From Mustelus asterias (Eukaryota), in the NCBI RefSeq assembly GCF_964213995.1, contig NC_135804.1, forward strand, positions 58,838,001 through 58,902,000: 64,000 nt of DNA, given 5' to 3'. The position numbers and the translations under genes are program-made. Below, in pieces: positions 26,536-41,284 of this stretch; position 1 is the first letter of the stretch; each line of letters opens with the position of its first letter. Below the pieces are notes generated by a model, which was not told the DNA's origin, searched no databases, and saw only the letters and a list, made by a program, of their open reading frames with translations.

Positions 26536-27370
26536 GGGAGGGAAGGAAAATGATTTTGTTTTTAAAATATTGATTACTATTTTATTTCAGTAGCCTATAA
26601 TTTAGCACACATGTTTAGGACAGGGCATTTAACATCGTGCTTCATTGGAGCTTTTTAAATTTCTTCGTTTTCAAACATTATTTATCATGGAATTAGAAAT
26701 TATATGGACCCTTGAATAGAGGAAGAGAAGTGACAGACATAAATATGTATAGTAGAATCACTGGGCCGTAGAGCATAGAGAGAGGTAATTCGGCCCAAAT
26801 TGCCTGTGTTGGCTCTGAAAGAATTATATAATTGGTCTCACCATTGGTCTTTCTCCAAAGCTCTGGATTTCTAAATTTTTAAGTATGTATCCTATTCCCA
26901 ATAATAAAATTATTATTGCTTCTTCCAGGTAGGGAATTCCGGATCGTAACATTTTAGCTCGGAAAACATTTTTTCTTCCCCTACGATCTTGCTCTTTTGA
27001 CCATTTTCATGAATTTGGTCCTTTGGTTACTGAATCGTAGTTTATCCTGTTACATAATCTGATAACCATACACTGTAGGAATCCATTTGCTCAGTGTGCT
27101 AGGTCGGTTCTGCAGATGCCATCCAGTTTGTCTAATTGACCTATTTATTCATTTACCTTTATAAAATATGGATAATCCTGCTACAATAACAAGTTGTAAA
27201 CTTAAATAGATGTATTGTAAATCTTACTCCGAGGCTGGCTGGATGCTGATACTAGATGCAAACCCCTATGCAGTTGTTTCATTCCTGCACTCTTCACTAA
27301 CTCGTTGATATTTTACCAAGTATCTTTTGTATAGTTGATCCCTGAAACATCCAGAACTTGCAACTCAAGG

Positions 27371-27690
27371 GCACGAGGATCTTTGAGCCGGTTCCATTCC
27401 CAATTCTCCTTTACGACAGTATACTGACCCTATGGCCAGATTCTTTGAAAATCACAGTGAAGAAATAGAGGGCTTCTCCGCACTTTTTGTTTGGAAGATT
27501 TGTCTTTCGCTTCTTCGTTGTCCAAGAGTTTTTCGTTATCCTACTGCCACCAATAGGTCTTTCGTTGACTCCTCTTGAAAGTGAAGGAAGATGCAGTACC
27601 CGGCGATGTTTGTTCGTTTGAGCGCAACTTTAAGTGGAGAGGATTTGGCTAATTGTGAAATCCCCCAACAACCATCAGAAAGCCAATATA
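27371..27690 (-). pseudogene. Decayed V(J) exon of a paralogous receptor
   Basis: Frameshifted pieces KVALKRTNIAGYCIFLHFQ / YWWQ*DNEKLL / GEALYFFTVIFKESG / IGNGTGSKILV align in order with the intact V exon. Confidence 0.72.
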
Positions 27691-30594
27691 AATACGAAAA
27701 TAGACATCTGTGGCAGTGCAATCCCCAGGATCAGAATACATCTGAAGCATTCCGGACAATTCAAGTTGACTGAATGCAAGCAACAAATGACATCCGATAG
27801 TTCGGATTTTGTGGGTTCAGCAAAGATCAGACGAGAATAGGTCAGAGGTCAGTGACATCATGTGTAGAGTGGGGAGTTTTGCTGATGATTGCACTACGTA
27901 CGGAATCATTCACAACTCCTCAGGCACTGAAGCAATACGTGTCCATATGAGACAAGAACAGCAAAACCTTCGGGCTTTGCTTAATAAGAGGCAAGTGACA
28001 TTTGCACCACACCTCGTGCAAGGCAATAACCATTTCCAAACCGAGAGAATCAACCCATCATTCCTGAGTTTCAAGGGCTATACCGTGGCCTAATATCCTC
28101 CTCCCCCTGCCACCACCACTAAACCAACCCCCAGCTCTAACTATTGTGGGTTGGTGTTGACAAGAATACTAATTGACTCAGCCTTGCAAATACTGTGGTT
28201 ACATGAACAGATGAGAGGCTGGGAATTCTGTGGCAAGTAACTCACCACCTGACACCCCAAATCCTCTGTATTATCTACTAGACACAACTCAATTGTATGA
28301 TGGAGCTTGCCTGGATGAATGTGGTTCCAGAGGTTGGGCACTATCAAGGACAAAGCTGTCCGTTTGCTTAGCACCCCATCCATCACTTCACACATTCGCT
28401 TCCTCTACCATTTGTCCCAAGAGCAAAAACATCTACACAATGCAATGGGACAACTTACCAAGTCTGCACGAATGTCACCATCAATTCCAAATCCTATACC
28501 TTGACCACCTGGAGAACAAGGGCAGCAGATGCATGGGAATTCCAGACCTGTACGTTCCTTTCTGAGTGACACAACATCTTGACCTGAAACCATATCACCA
28601 TTCCTTCTCTGCCCCTGGGCTAAACTCCTGGAACTCCCTCCCACCATCACCCCCGGAACACCCTTCAGGTGTTTCTTCATCATATGGACTGCAATGATTT
28701 AAGAAACAGCTCACCATCGTCTTCTCAAGGGAAATTAGGGATGGATAATTAATGCCTGTTTTGCCATATCCCTTGAACCAGTAAAAGATGTGATGCAACC
28801 TGTAGAACATTTCCTGTTTTACTTTCAGATTTCCAGTATCCACATCATATTATAACTCAAAAGTGCTCCCTGAGTGGTTGTTCCTTGTGGAGGAATTGTT
28901 ATTGGAATGGAAAACAGTAAGTTTGAAGGGCAAAAGTGCGTAAAGGGCAAATTGGTTGTAAGGGGCTTATTAAATGGGCAATATGTTTGGAACATCATTT
29001 ATGACCAAGAATGAAAATGCCCTTTCTTCAAAAAACTGTCTTTACTGCAGCTTGTAAGATAACAATCACTCCAGGTGAATCAGCTAAACCTTATTTTCTG
29101 AATGCACAGCTTGCAGGCTTTGCAGTTACAATGGCAGCCTTGGAATGAACGCTTGGGCTTCCAGGCTCTTAGCTAAAGTCAGCAGAATTTATTCCATTTG
29201 TTAAGAACCAGTTGATGGAAATTGCTAGGATATTCCAAATCCCAGAAGGGAAACCTGGAATACTGGGTGCTAACTGTGTTTTTTTGCAATTTACTCTAAC
29301 GTGCGGAAAGGTGTGAAAATCAGAGTAGAATACATTAGCCTTGCTGTAACAATCAAAATAAATGCTTATTAAACAGTAATATACACAACAAGACAACTAA
29401 AACACCAAACACTTAGCTACATTAATAGCCAATCACAATGCCTTTTAACTGATCCACCTTCAAATTTCTCCATTTTCCTAACTTTATGGCTAAACCACTC
29501 CAAATAACATCCCATAACTTTTAAACTGTAAGCAAAATCTAGCAATAGTTACCACATCCGGCACATATATCTCTTGTGAGGTTACTTCTGGCTTAGAATA
29601 GAGACAAACTGGCTGTTGAAAGATGCTTTCTCAGGCACTTCTTGTTGTGGGAATGAACACAACTTCCTGCTGTGTGTGGCTGTGATGTTCGACCAGTTTC
29701 CTGTATAGGATAAACTCTGCCACTGATGTACCACTTTTTCCTTTTGATCTTTTCTTATCTGCATTACCTGTCTTCGAGGTCCCTCTCAATGACACTTCTT
29801 ACATATGCTCACCCTTTTAAAAATAAAGTTTGCCATTCACCCTCATCTTCTCTTTTGAACATTTACCATTTTTATTTTAACGCTTGAAATTCTATGCCCC
29901 ATTGTTATCCACTTCCTGTTGGTAAATATCAGTTGACAGTATTACCTGGCTAATCTTCATATCCAAAACCTCAGTTACTTCAGCTCAGTCAACATGTCTT
30001 CCTAACCAATTCCCATTTAAATATAGTTTGCTCCCTTATAATCGTGCCCCACCAGAACATATTTTGAATTATTAGATTCCTTAACTTTTATGTTATCACA
30101 ATTCCTTGACACATTGCTGACTACAAGCTTATTTATCCTGTGAACTAGATATGATATAAATGGTTAAACAATAAGCAAGTGAACTATTAAGTCATTAAAT
30201 TCTGCAGCCGATGTCTTGAACAATTCTCTTTGTCATCTTCCACCACCTGGTTGTTTTCATACATGGATCAGAGTCAGGTGCAAACGTGAATATTTTTTAT
30301 ATATTTTGATCCAACCATTAACGTTTTTTAAAAATCAGATTATTTGTTTTGGCTCTTGTGAAGGGGCATGTCTTCTATTTCTGTTTGAAGGAACTTGTTA
30401 CTTGAAATTATGAAAACTGAAGAGAGAAGTTCTGATTTTGGATACCTCCTTAGACCAACCAACCATTTTATTTTAGAGTAAGCCTTTAAACTAAATAGTG
30501 AAGAAGGATTGTTCAACTGGAAGGAATATTAAAAAATTAAATTGAGTACAAGTCAATAGCGTAGGTAGAGACAGGAGCAATGATAACCAGAATA

Positions 30595-33320
30595 GAAACA
30601 TCAAAACATATAAACTAGAAGCAGGAGTAGGCCATTTGGCCCTGAGAGCCTGTTCTGCCATTCATAATGATCATGGCTGATCATCAAATTCAATTCACTG
30701 ATCCCCCTTGCCCCCATGTCCCTTGATCCCTTTAGCCCCAAGAGCTATATCTAATTTCTTCTTGAAGTCAAAGTTTTGGCCTCAACTACTTTCTGTGGTA
30801 GTGAATTCCACACATTCACCACTCTCTGGGTAAGAATTTTCTCCTCACCCCTGTTCTGAAAGGTTTACTCCTCCAACTACGCCTCCTAGTTCTGGGCTCC
30901 CCCATTATTGTGAACATTCTTTCTGAATCTACCCTGTCAAAGCCTGTTAGAATTTTATAAGTTTCTAGAAGATATCCTTTCACTCTTCTAAACTCCAATG
31001 AATGTAATCCTAACCAACTTATTTTCTCCTGATACGTTAGACCTGCCATCCCAGGAATCAGCCTGGTAAACCTTCGTTGTACTCCCTCTATAACAAGGGC
31101 ATCATTCCTCAAATAGGGATACCAGAACTGCACACAATTCTCCAGATGTGGCCTCACCAATGTCCTGTACAATTGCAGTTAAACATCCCCATTCCAATAC
31201 TCAATCCTCTCGCTATGAAGGCCAACATGCCATTGCCTTCTTTATGGCCTGCTGTACCTGCACACATACGTTCAGTGACTGATGCATGAGAACATCAAAG
31301 TCTTGAGTATCCACTTCACTCAATTTACACCCATTTGACTATTAATCTGTCTTCCTATTATTGCTACCAAAGTGGATAACCTCACATTTATTCACATTAT
31401 ACTGCATCTACCATGCAAATACCCATAAACTCAACCTGTCCAAATCATGCCGAAACATCTCTGCATCCTCCTCACAGCTCACCCTCCCACCCAACTTTGT
31501 GTCATCTGCAAATTTGGAGACAGTACATTTATTTTCCTCTTCCAAATCATTAATATATAATATGAACAGTTGGAGTCCTAGCAGAGATCCCTGCAGTAGC
31601 CCACTAGTCACCATATGCCAATCAGAAAAAGACACATTTATGCCAACTCCTTGTTTCCTATCTGCTAACCAGCTTTCGATCCATCTCAAGACATTGTTTA
31701 CAATCCCAACTTTACATAGTAGTCTGCTATGTGAGACCTTGTCGAAAGCCTTCTGAAAGTCTAAATAAGCCACATCCACTGGTTCTCCTCAGTCAACTCT
31801 ACTAGTTAAACCCTCAAAATGTGGAAGGTAAAATGTTCAGATTGAAGTTTCATTCTTTGAAAGTTAAATTGTGTGAATGTTAAAGTGTTCAAATTAAAGT
31901 TTCATGCTTTCTCTGTACAGTAGTGGAAAATGTTTATCAGCTTACTGACCTTCAAAGGGAGTCAGTCTCTGCTATTTTTTCAAAGGCCCCATAACATTTT
32001 CCTTTTTTGGCACTCATCAGAAGGTGAGCAAGACCAGATTTTTTCCATAACAAATACCAAAGGTGAGGTATGAGGATATGCTATGCAAATGAATGATTAA
32101 AAGAAGTCAATGTTTCATCAAATGAGAAAGGGCGAAAAGCCAGGATTTAATTGGCAAATATGTATGTCAATGAAAGATGTGAAAAATCTCTTGTCCTGAT
32201 TTGCTGTGATTGACTATAACTGCTGAGCTGTTTCTTTGTAAACTCAGAACTGCTCTGGCCATTCCATGTTGGGTGGAGGGAGTTCTCCTTGTGCACAAGT
32301 AATTAAAGACCTTGCATTGGGTGCATGTGTCCAGCACTGTTTGTGTAAAGAGCCGATTGAGTACCTTTAGATTGCTGTCACTCAGAGAACTCTGACAAAA
32401 GAACTCTAATAGATCCTTTAAGCATGATTTCCCCTGTGTACATCCAAGCTGACTTAGTCTGATTATACCACTGCCTTCCAAACGCTGAGTTATTAAATCC
32501 TTGATGATGGACTCGAGCAATTTCCCCAGTACTAACGTTTGGCTCACTGCTCTATAGTTCACTGTTTTCTCTCTACCTTCCTTTTTGAATAGTGGGCTTA
32601 CATTAGCTACCCTCCAATCTGTAGGAACCAGTGTAGAGTCCAAAGAATTTTGGAAAATATCCACCAATGGATCTACTATTTCCATGGATAATTCCTTAAG
32701 CACACTGGGATGAAGATCATCAGGCCCTGGAGATTTATCCACCTTCAATCCCATCAATTTCTCCAAAGCCATTTCTCTACTATTACTGATTTCCTTCAAT
32801 TCCTCACTGAAATTTGTTTCTGTCAGAACTTCTGGTACATTATTCATGTTTTCCTTTGTGGAGATTGAAGCAAAGTATGTATTTAATTCCTTGACCACTT
32901 CTTTGTTCCCCGTTATGAATTCTCCTGTTTCTGACTGTGAGGGGCCTACATTCGTTTTTACCAATCTTTTTCTCTCTGCATATCTGTAGAAACTTTTACA
33001 GTCAGTTTTTATGTTCCTCACTTGCTTACTTCCATACTCTATTTTCCCCTTGTTAATCAATCCCTTGGTCCTCTTTTGCTGAATTTCAAACTGCGCCCCA
33101 TCGACAGGCCTATTGGTTTTTCTTGCCAATTTGTATGCTTCTTTCTTGAATCTGATACTATCTCTAATTTCCCTTGTAAGCCATGGTTTGGCCACAGTTC
33201 CCTTACCACTGTTGCGCCAGATAGGAATAAACAGCTTCTGGGGTTCACCTATTCATTTCTTAAATGCCTGCCATTGCCTATCCACTGTCTTTCCTTTCAG
33301 TAATGTTTCCCAGTCCATCA
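30595..33320 (-). mobile_element. CR1 LINE fragment split by a solo LTR
   Basis: ORFs 30816, 31408, 32167 (KSPGPD, YLDFQKAFDKV, KFADDTK). Confidence 0.9.
31820..32397 (+). mobile_element. Solo LTR interrupting a CR1
   Basis: TG...CA ends, flanks AAAA/AAAG, internal TATAAC and ATTAAA; the CR1 (CCTCAAA|GAACTC) is continuous across it. Confidence 0.7.
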
Positions 33321-35089
33321 TGGAATGTGACATGAAGGGACAGAGCGTACCAATATAACAGTGCACCAGCAAATGGGAGCAGAGTAGGAAACATAGTACA
33401 AGGACAAAATTTGATTCAATTGTGGTTTCCAAAGGAGAATTGGACAATTATCTGGCGAGAGAAAATGTAGGGCTACGGGGAAAAGTGCATGAAGTGGGAC
33501 TAGGAGAGTTGCCCTTACAAACAGCTGGCATGGACATGACAGGCAAAATGCCCTTTTTTCTAAATATCCTGTTTTCTAAATGTCCTGAACTTTCAACATT
33601 CAGATCCCCAGCAATGTCTCTGTTATAGTGTCAAATTGTACTTATTTATTTCTATGTGCGCATTCGGCTCATCTGTTTTGTTTCGAATGCTACATTCCAA
33701 TATGGAGCTTTTAGTTTTATCCTTTTGTTCTTTTATAACCTAAAATCAGTCAGATTTGCACTCTGCCCCTTCCTGTCACAATCTGTTTCTTTTATTTCCC
33801 ATAAAAAGTGTTCTCTTTTGCCTTGTTTGTTAGATTTACCACATCTTCCCAAATTTAATCTCTTGCCCCCACTATTTAGTTTGAAATCCTCTACTTAATT
33901 ACATGGCATGCAAGAACATCAGCCACAGCATATTTCAGATGTAGACCATCCCAACAATACCAATCTCACTTTCCCCAGTGCTGGTACTTGTGCCCCAAGA
34001 ACTGGAACCCACATCTCCCATACCTGTCTTTGAACCACTAATCTGATTCATTCATCCTATGGCAATTTGCAAAAGGCTGAGGTAATTATCCCGAGATTAC
34101 GAACCTTGAGGTTCTGCTGCTTAATTTGGTGCCTAAATTCTCATATGCCCATGAAGAATGTCCTCCTTTATCCTGCCTATATTGTTGGTATTTGTGTTGA
34201 CCATGACAACTGGGTCCTCCCCATCTCACTGCAGGTTCCTCATCAACCCTGAGCAGATGTCCCGAGCCGTGGTACCAGGCAGGCAAAATGGCCATCTGGG
34301 CTCATGTGCTTTTCTGCAGAGAATGTTATCAATCCCTCTGACTATACTATCCCCGACACTGCTGTTCTCTTTTATTTGTCCCCACAGTGCCATGATCAGT
34401 TAACCCCTCCATCCTGCAGCCCCCCTCATTCAAACAAGCTGAAAAAACTTCAAATCTGTTGGACAATTCTAAAGACGAATGCTCCTGTGCTCCAGCCCTC
34501 TTGAGGCCCCTTACCTGTCTGATGCTTTGTAATGTCTGATTTAGCTTCAAGTTAATTCTGAGTCAAAGCTGCTTGAACTTCAAACACTTGCTGCAAACAT
34601 GTTTGCCCTGGATCAGACTGGCATCAAGGAGCTACCACATTACAGCTGTGACACATCACGTATCCTGCCATCTTTGTGTTCTAATTAATTATTTTGTCTT
34701 GTGCTTTATTAATCATACCATCAGTTGCTAGACTATTTCGCACCTTTGGAATAGACTGACCAGTAGTCACTTAAAGATACTTGCTAAATAACTAGCTGCT
34801 GCTTCTGTAATAGTGTAAGGCCACTTCCTGAAGGCTGAGAAAGTTAGAAAGCAAAAGAGCATTTCTTCCCTTATTCCCCTCACTCCCTTAATTACCCAAC
34901 TCCCAGCACTCTATTCTGAATCGCACTTCTTGTTGTAAAACTTATCTAAAGCACCTCTTTTACCCAAATGCACCAGATTCCCAAATACATTCACCTGGTT
35001 TCTCTGTTTTCAGCCAAGTGGCCCCTCGCTGACCATGCACCTCGTAATATTTTTTAGTGTCATTGGGAGAGGGATACATTTTGCCATAG

Positions 35090-35681
35090 TGTTATGACGA
35101 TTGACCACAGCAGATATTAATTGCTGAGCAAACCAAATCCCAGAAGGAACTTTGCTTACAGGCTATACTGATCTCGGCAGAAAGTCCAGTAACACATTTT
35201 AAGACTTTAAAGTCAAAGGTTTATTAACCAGAAGTCAACTTAAAGTTACAAATTATAATTACACAGACTTTTGCAAAACATTCCCCCAATGTCTCCCTAC
35301 TTAGTCAGAAGCAAAGGTAAACCCCTTCCAGGCAACACATCTTAGATGTTTAACTCTAAAACTCCAGTAATATTACCCAAGGTGAAGTTGCTCTCGCTTT
35401 AAGGTATACTCCACAACCTCTCAATTCCTTCCACTCTGCTGTGGAAATCTAAATGTAATATACCCTCTTCTGTTTATCCATGCAACTCCTGTAAGTTGCA
35501 GAATGTTCTTGGCACCTCTGAGAATTTGAATATCAAAGGGATATTGCAAATTCACAAACCAAGCACCTCATGTCTTCATTCTACCAGATAAATGGTCTTC
35601 TTTTACTCGAGTCAATACAGAATACACACCATATTTACCCCCCCCCCCTGTCAAAATATGAAGAAAACATCCATTTTCACA
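35090..35681. mobile_element. Possible solo LTR
   Basis: TGTTATGA...TTTCACA ends; flanks ATAG/ATAA. Confidence 0.35.
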
Positions 35682-36314
35682 ATAATAATGGAAATCTTGT
35701 GATCATGAAGCAATGCCATGGGGCTTTTTGAACAGGCAGACTGGGCCTAGGCCAATCTTTCATCTGAAAAGTGGCATTTTTGAAAGGGCAGTGCCACTTT
35801 AATATTGCATTAAAGTCAGGCCCAGGTTGTGTGCAAATGTCTTTGATTTTTCTGATCTTGTGACGAAAGTATGAATGCTGCCACTGAATCATAGCTGGTG
35901 TTGGTGTAAACAAAGCCTGCTTGCTCCAAAAACTCCCCTCTCCATAAAACAGATGTCAGTTGGCTCAGCAGCTAATGCATGTTGAAAGTTATGGTGGCAT
36001 CTCTGAAACCTAATTTGCCATTAGTTTTGAGCAGGTGAGATGTGGGGAATATGCAAAAGCTTCAGTGTTAGAATCAACAAAGCATCATTCCAATTGACCA
36101 GTGAAATATTGGACCTGATGGAGCAAGAAGGAAAGTAAAGAAAATCAATCAACAGAAATATCAAGAATTGCATAAAAAGATTAAACAAATGTTGAATGTA
36201 AAGGAGTTGGAAAATGTAGGCATTTTTCAGTCTGTGTTTTAAAGACATTAGGGAGCTTGTAGGACATTTGGGTGTGTATCTTGCAGATTGATCAAAGAGA
36301 AACATGGTCCCTTT

Positions 36315-37555
36315 TACGTAGAACAGTACAGCACAGTACAGGCCCTTTGGCCCACGATGTTGTGCCGAACCTTTTCCGAAACCAAGATCAAGCTATCCCT
36401 CTCCCTATCATTTCTAGTGTGCTCCATGTGCCTATCCAATAACCGCTTGAAAGTTCCTAAAGTGTCCGACTCCACTATCACAGCAGGCAGTCCATTCCAC
36501 ACCCCAACCACTCTCGGCGTAAAGAACCTACCTTGGACATCCTTCCTATATCTTCCACCACGAACCTTATAGTTATGCCCCCTAGTAACAGCTACATCCA
36601 CCCAAGGAAATAGTCTCTGAACGTCCACTCTACCTATCCCCCTCATCTTATAAACCTCTAAGTCGCCTCTCAACCTCCTCTGCTCTAAAGAGAAAAGCCC
36701 TAGCTCCCTCAACCTTTGCTCATAAGACCTACCCTCCAAACCAGACAGCATCCTAGCAAATCTCCTTTGCACTCTTTCCAGTGCTTCCACATCCTCCTTA
36801 TAGTGAGGTGACCAGAACTGCACACAATATTCCAAATGTGGTCTCACCAAGGTCCTGTACAGTTGCAGCATAACCCCACAGCTCTTAAACTCAATCCCCC
36901 GTTGATAAATGCTAACACACTATAGGCCACCTTCACGGCTCTATCCACTTGAGTGGCAACCTTCAGAGATCTGTGGATATGAACCCCAAGATCTCTGTTC
37001 CTCCACATTCCTCAGAACCGTACCTTTGACCCTGTAATCCGCATTCAAATTTGTCCTACCAAAATGAACCACCTCGCACTTATCAGGGTTAAACTCCATC
37101 TGCCATTTTTTCAGCCCAGCTTTGCATCCTATCTATGTCTCTTTGCAGCCTACAACAGCCCTCCACCTCATCCACTACTCCACCAACCTTGGTGTCATCT
37201 GCAAATTTATCCACCCTTCAGCCCCTTCCTCCAAGTCATTTATAAAAATCACAAATAGCAGAGGAACCAGCACTGATCCTTGTGGTACACTGCTGGTAAC
37301 TGGTCTCCAGTCTGAATATTTTCCATCCACCACCACCCTCTATCTTCTATGAGATAGCCAGTTACTTATCCAATCGGCCAAATTTCCCTCTATCCCACAC
37401 CTCCTTCCTTTCTTCATGAGCCGACCATGGGGGACCTTTATCAAACGCCTTGCTAAAATCCATGTATATGACATCAACTGCTCTACCTTCATCAACACAC
37501 TTAGTCACCTCCTCAAAAAAATTCAATCAAATTTGTGAGGCAAGACTTACCCAAG
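36315..37555 (-). mobile_element. CR1 LINE 3' fragment
   Basis: ORF 36314-36871 LYRTLVRPHLEYCVQFWSP. Confidence 0.9.
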
Positions 37556-38509
37556 ACTTTTCCATGATAACTTCCACAAGTATGTTTGTAAGATGGACTG
37601 AATGAATACAAGACTTTTGGAAACAACAAACAAGAAGAACAAAATGGTACAAAGATCATGAAGGATGAAAGAACATTAAGATGAAAAACAGTAAAGTTGA
37701 AGGCCCTGATGAAGTGTCACCCAGCAAATAAAGTTTAGATGATGTGGAATAGACAGACTGACTTATCTTCAATAAAGTTTGACATGGTAAATCCCAGAAG
37801 ACTTGAGTAAATCAATAGCATTGCACTCCCTAAAAGATGTAATAAGGGTGTTGCGTTGTGCAGGAATCTTTGTAGGTGGAGAGTTTAAGCGCACTATAAT
37901 GTGAGTTCAGGTAAATGGTGCAATTACTGCATATTTATTGTTGCAAAAACTGTTCCACATGAGTGAGCTGCTCTGAAATACTGAAGAAATGCAGCAAAAC
38001 AAACCTAGATGTTTGGGCACTATCTTTTTATATTGCTTATCTTCTCTGTATATTTGACTGGAAAGCTGCTCAGCTATTTCGGTGCACTCAAATCAAAATG
38101 GACACGTCCCTTAATCCATGTTCAGCAAGTTAAGGTCCTATCAGGATTGGGTTCATGCCAGTCCCTGTTCATATTCCAATTCAAGTTCAAAGCCAAGTAG
38201 CCAAACACATTTTCTCCCGGTTCTCTCTCCAGATGTCAAACATCACATCCGTTTACTTCTGTGGGCACTCAGACAGTCAAGGCCCCTCTTTTTTCATATC
38301 AGCCTCTTGCTTCCTGTCCCTGTTTCCATATGATGCCTTCAGGGAAACAGTGCGTATGACCAGTGTAATTCTGGCCTGAAACGAATGATGCAGGGAGGTG
38401 CTGTCCCTTTTCAACCCTGCCCACTGCTGTGTTAAAGTTCAGAGCCGTTGAATGAATGTTAACTCCGTTGAACCATCAGTCTGTCCCATTACTAAGATCC
38501 TTTTTCAAG

Positions 38510-39745
38510 TACAGATTTGATTTATTGTCGCATGTATTAACATGCAGTGAAAAGTATTGCTGCTTGTGCACTATACAGACAAAGCATACCATTCCGAGAG
38601 AAGGAAAAGAGAGTGCAGAATGTAGTGTTACAGTCATAACTAGGGTGTAAAGAAAGATCAACTTAATGCAAGGTAAGTCCATTCAAAAGTCTGACAGCAG
38701 CAGGGAAGAAGCTGTTCTTGAATCGGTTGGTACATTACCTCAGACTTTTGTATCTTTTTCCTGACGGAAGAAGGTGGAAGAGAGAGTATCTGTGGTGCGT
38801 GGGGCCCTTGGTTATGCTGGCTGCTTTGCCAAGGCAGTGGGAAGTGTAGACAGTCAATGGATGGGAGGCTGGTTTGTGTGATGGATTGGGCTGCATTCAC
38901 AACCTTCAGTAGTCTCTTGTGGTCTTGGGCAGAGGAGGAGCCATACCAAGCTAATGCACCATAGAAAGCATTCTTTCTGGTTGTACCTGTAAAAGTTGGT
39001 GAGAGTCGTAGCTGACGTGCCAAATTTCCTTAGTCTCCTGAGAAAGTAGAGGCTTTGGTGGGCTTTCGTAACTATAGTATCAGTGTGGAGGTACCAGGAC
39101 AGGTTGGTGACCTGGACGCCTAAACTTGAGGCTCTCAACCATTTCTACTTTGTCCCCGTTGATGTAGATGGGCATGTTCTTTACGCTTCCTGAAGTTGAT
39201 GACAATCTCCTTTGTTTAGTTGACCTTTAGGGAGAGATTATTGTTGCTGAACCAGTTCACTAGATTCTCTAACTCATTCCTGTACTTTGCCTCACCATTG
39301 TTTAAGATCCGACCCACTACGGTGGTCGTCAGCAAACTTTGAAAATCGAATTGGAGGGGAATTTGGCACCACAGTCATAGGGGTAGGGGCACCAGTGTTG
39401 AGGATGATCGTGGAGGTGGTGTTGCCTATCCTTACTGATTGTGGTCTGAGTTAGGGAGTTCAGGATCCAGTCGCAGAGGAGATGCCGAGGCCCAGGCCAG
39501 AGCTTGGAGATGAGTTTCGTGGGAATAATGGTGTTGAAGGCTGAGCTGTAGCCAATAAATAGGAGTCTGGCATAGGTGTCCTTGTTGTTTAGGTGTTCCA
39601 GGGTTGAGTGCAGGGCCAGGGAGATGGCGTCTGCTGTGGAGCTGTTGTGGCGGTAGGCAAACTGTAGTGGATCCAGGTAGTCCGGGAGGTTGGAATTGAT
39701 TTGTGCCATGACTAGCCTTTCAAAGAACTTCATAATGGATGCATA
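38510..39745 (-). mobile_element. Rex1/Babar-like LINE fragment (second copy ~17370-18100)
   Basis: [38 protein letters not shown]; TCAAA-like repeated tail. Confidence 0.8.
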
Positions 39746-41284
39746 GGGCCAAAAGCAAGATAAAGCCAGAAATTTCAGCACTTGTGTGATTTATTTTGTA
39801 GAAGATAGAGGAAGGAGAAATGTTAGCTTTCTGATAGAGCCATAGAGATGAAAAAAGATGTATTCATGTTTTTTTATTCATTATAGGAAGATGCTTTTAA
39901 GGTGAAATGTGAAGAATTGATGAGCATGCTCGAGTCTCTTGACCGTAGTCTCAAAGATCTTGGTGATAAATCTTTAATGGGAACAAGCTGCAACCATAAC
40001 AGTGGAGAACAATTCGTGATTTTGCAAAGATTAAAGTGGGGTCTGGCAAAAATGTGTTTTCTCCCCCAAGTTTTTAAAATTTGGTTTATATATTGAAAAT
40101 ATTCTTGAGCTTGCTGAAATTAGTTGGCGGTTACAACCTTTATATACACCAATGATCCTGTTCTTATTGCCGATTCTGAAGAGAAACTGAGATTTTGGAT
40201 TGAGTTCAGTGAAAGTGAGAAGGGCTGAGCATAAATTGTAAGAAAATGTCGAGCAGTGTCCAAAAAGAAAATCCGTGCAACCAAGAAATAAGACAAAGGA
40301 TGCAGTGGCTGAAGATGCATTTGAGAACTCCAAATTAGCCATGAAAACAAAGTTGAGAATCCTGGAATACTATAACTTAATTGTCATGAGTGCATGTTGG
40401 ACCATCAGTGAAGCACTGCAGAGTTTTTTTAGGTGAATAATGAAAATCTCTGGCTATGTTGGATAATGAAGAGGTGCTCGTTTAAATGAGACCGAAAGAA
40501 CTCTGCTGACCAAAATGAGGAAGAGACTGTTGGAATATCCTGGGCACGTAATAAAAACTCGATTGAGAAGCTTTGCAATGGGGAATGTAGGTGATAAAAG
40601 TGAGAAACTATTTTAAAAAAGCCTTTCAAACTGGATGAATGAAGATGATCCACACCCCTCGAGCCAGATGAATGTAGAGGTCTGTGGTTGTCAATGTCCT
40701 CTTAAAGCATGGTACCCGATGACAGATTTTTAAGTTTGTTTATTAGTGTCACAAGTAGGCTTTTATTAACACTGCAGTGAACTTTGACAATCCCCTAGTT
40801 GCCACAAGCTGGTTCCTGTTTGTCGATGAAGCATTCTACATCCCTCTCAGCTCGTCCTCCCATCCAGCTTCGTTTCATCTGCAAATTTGGAGATATTGCA
40901 CTTGGCTCCATCTAAATTCATTTATATGTGAATAGTTGGGGTCCTAGCACTGATCCGTGTGGTACCGTTATACTGCAACGGTACACTGAGGAAGAACTTA
41001 GCATGGCCAACAAACCTAACAAGTCTTTCGGACTATGGGAGGAAACTGGAGCCCTGGAGGAAACCTGTGCAGACTCCACACAGACAGTGACCCAACTCGG
41101 GTCCCTGCTGCTGTGAGGCAGCCATGCTAAGCACTACCACCATGCATTATGGGGGAGAGCCTGATGTCAGTAGAGGGGAAAAATTCAAGAGTCCGATTGT
41201 CCAGGTTAAAATAACAATACTTGGAAAACAGTGGCAGAATGAGACAGTTGGTGTGGATTTGAGGGAAAGGATGCTTGACAAATG

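Larger units (their letters stand above)
36030..40680 (+). mobile_element. Old RTE-clade LINE fragmented by later CR1 and Rex insertions
   Basis: Degenerate, collinear peptides TSEILDLMEQ (~36100), EGPDEV and PEDLSKS..ALP (~37700-37830), VLIADSEEKL (~40160). Confidence 0.55.

Noticed and set aside
32167-33195. 342-aa ORF with an apparently novel C-terminus
   Set aside because: CR1 ORF2 running into the inserted solo LTR.
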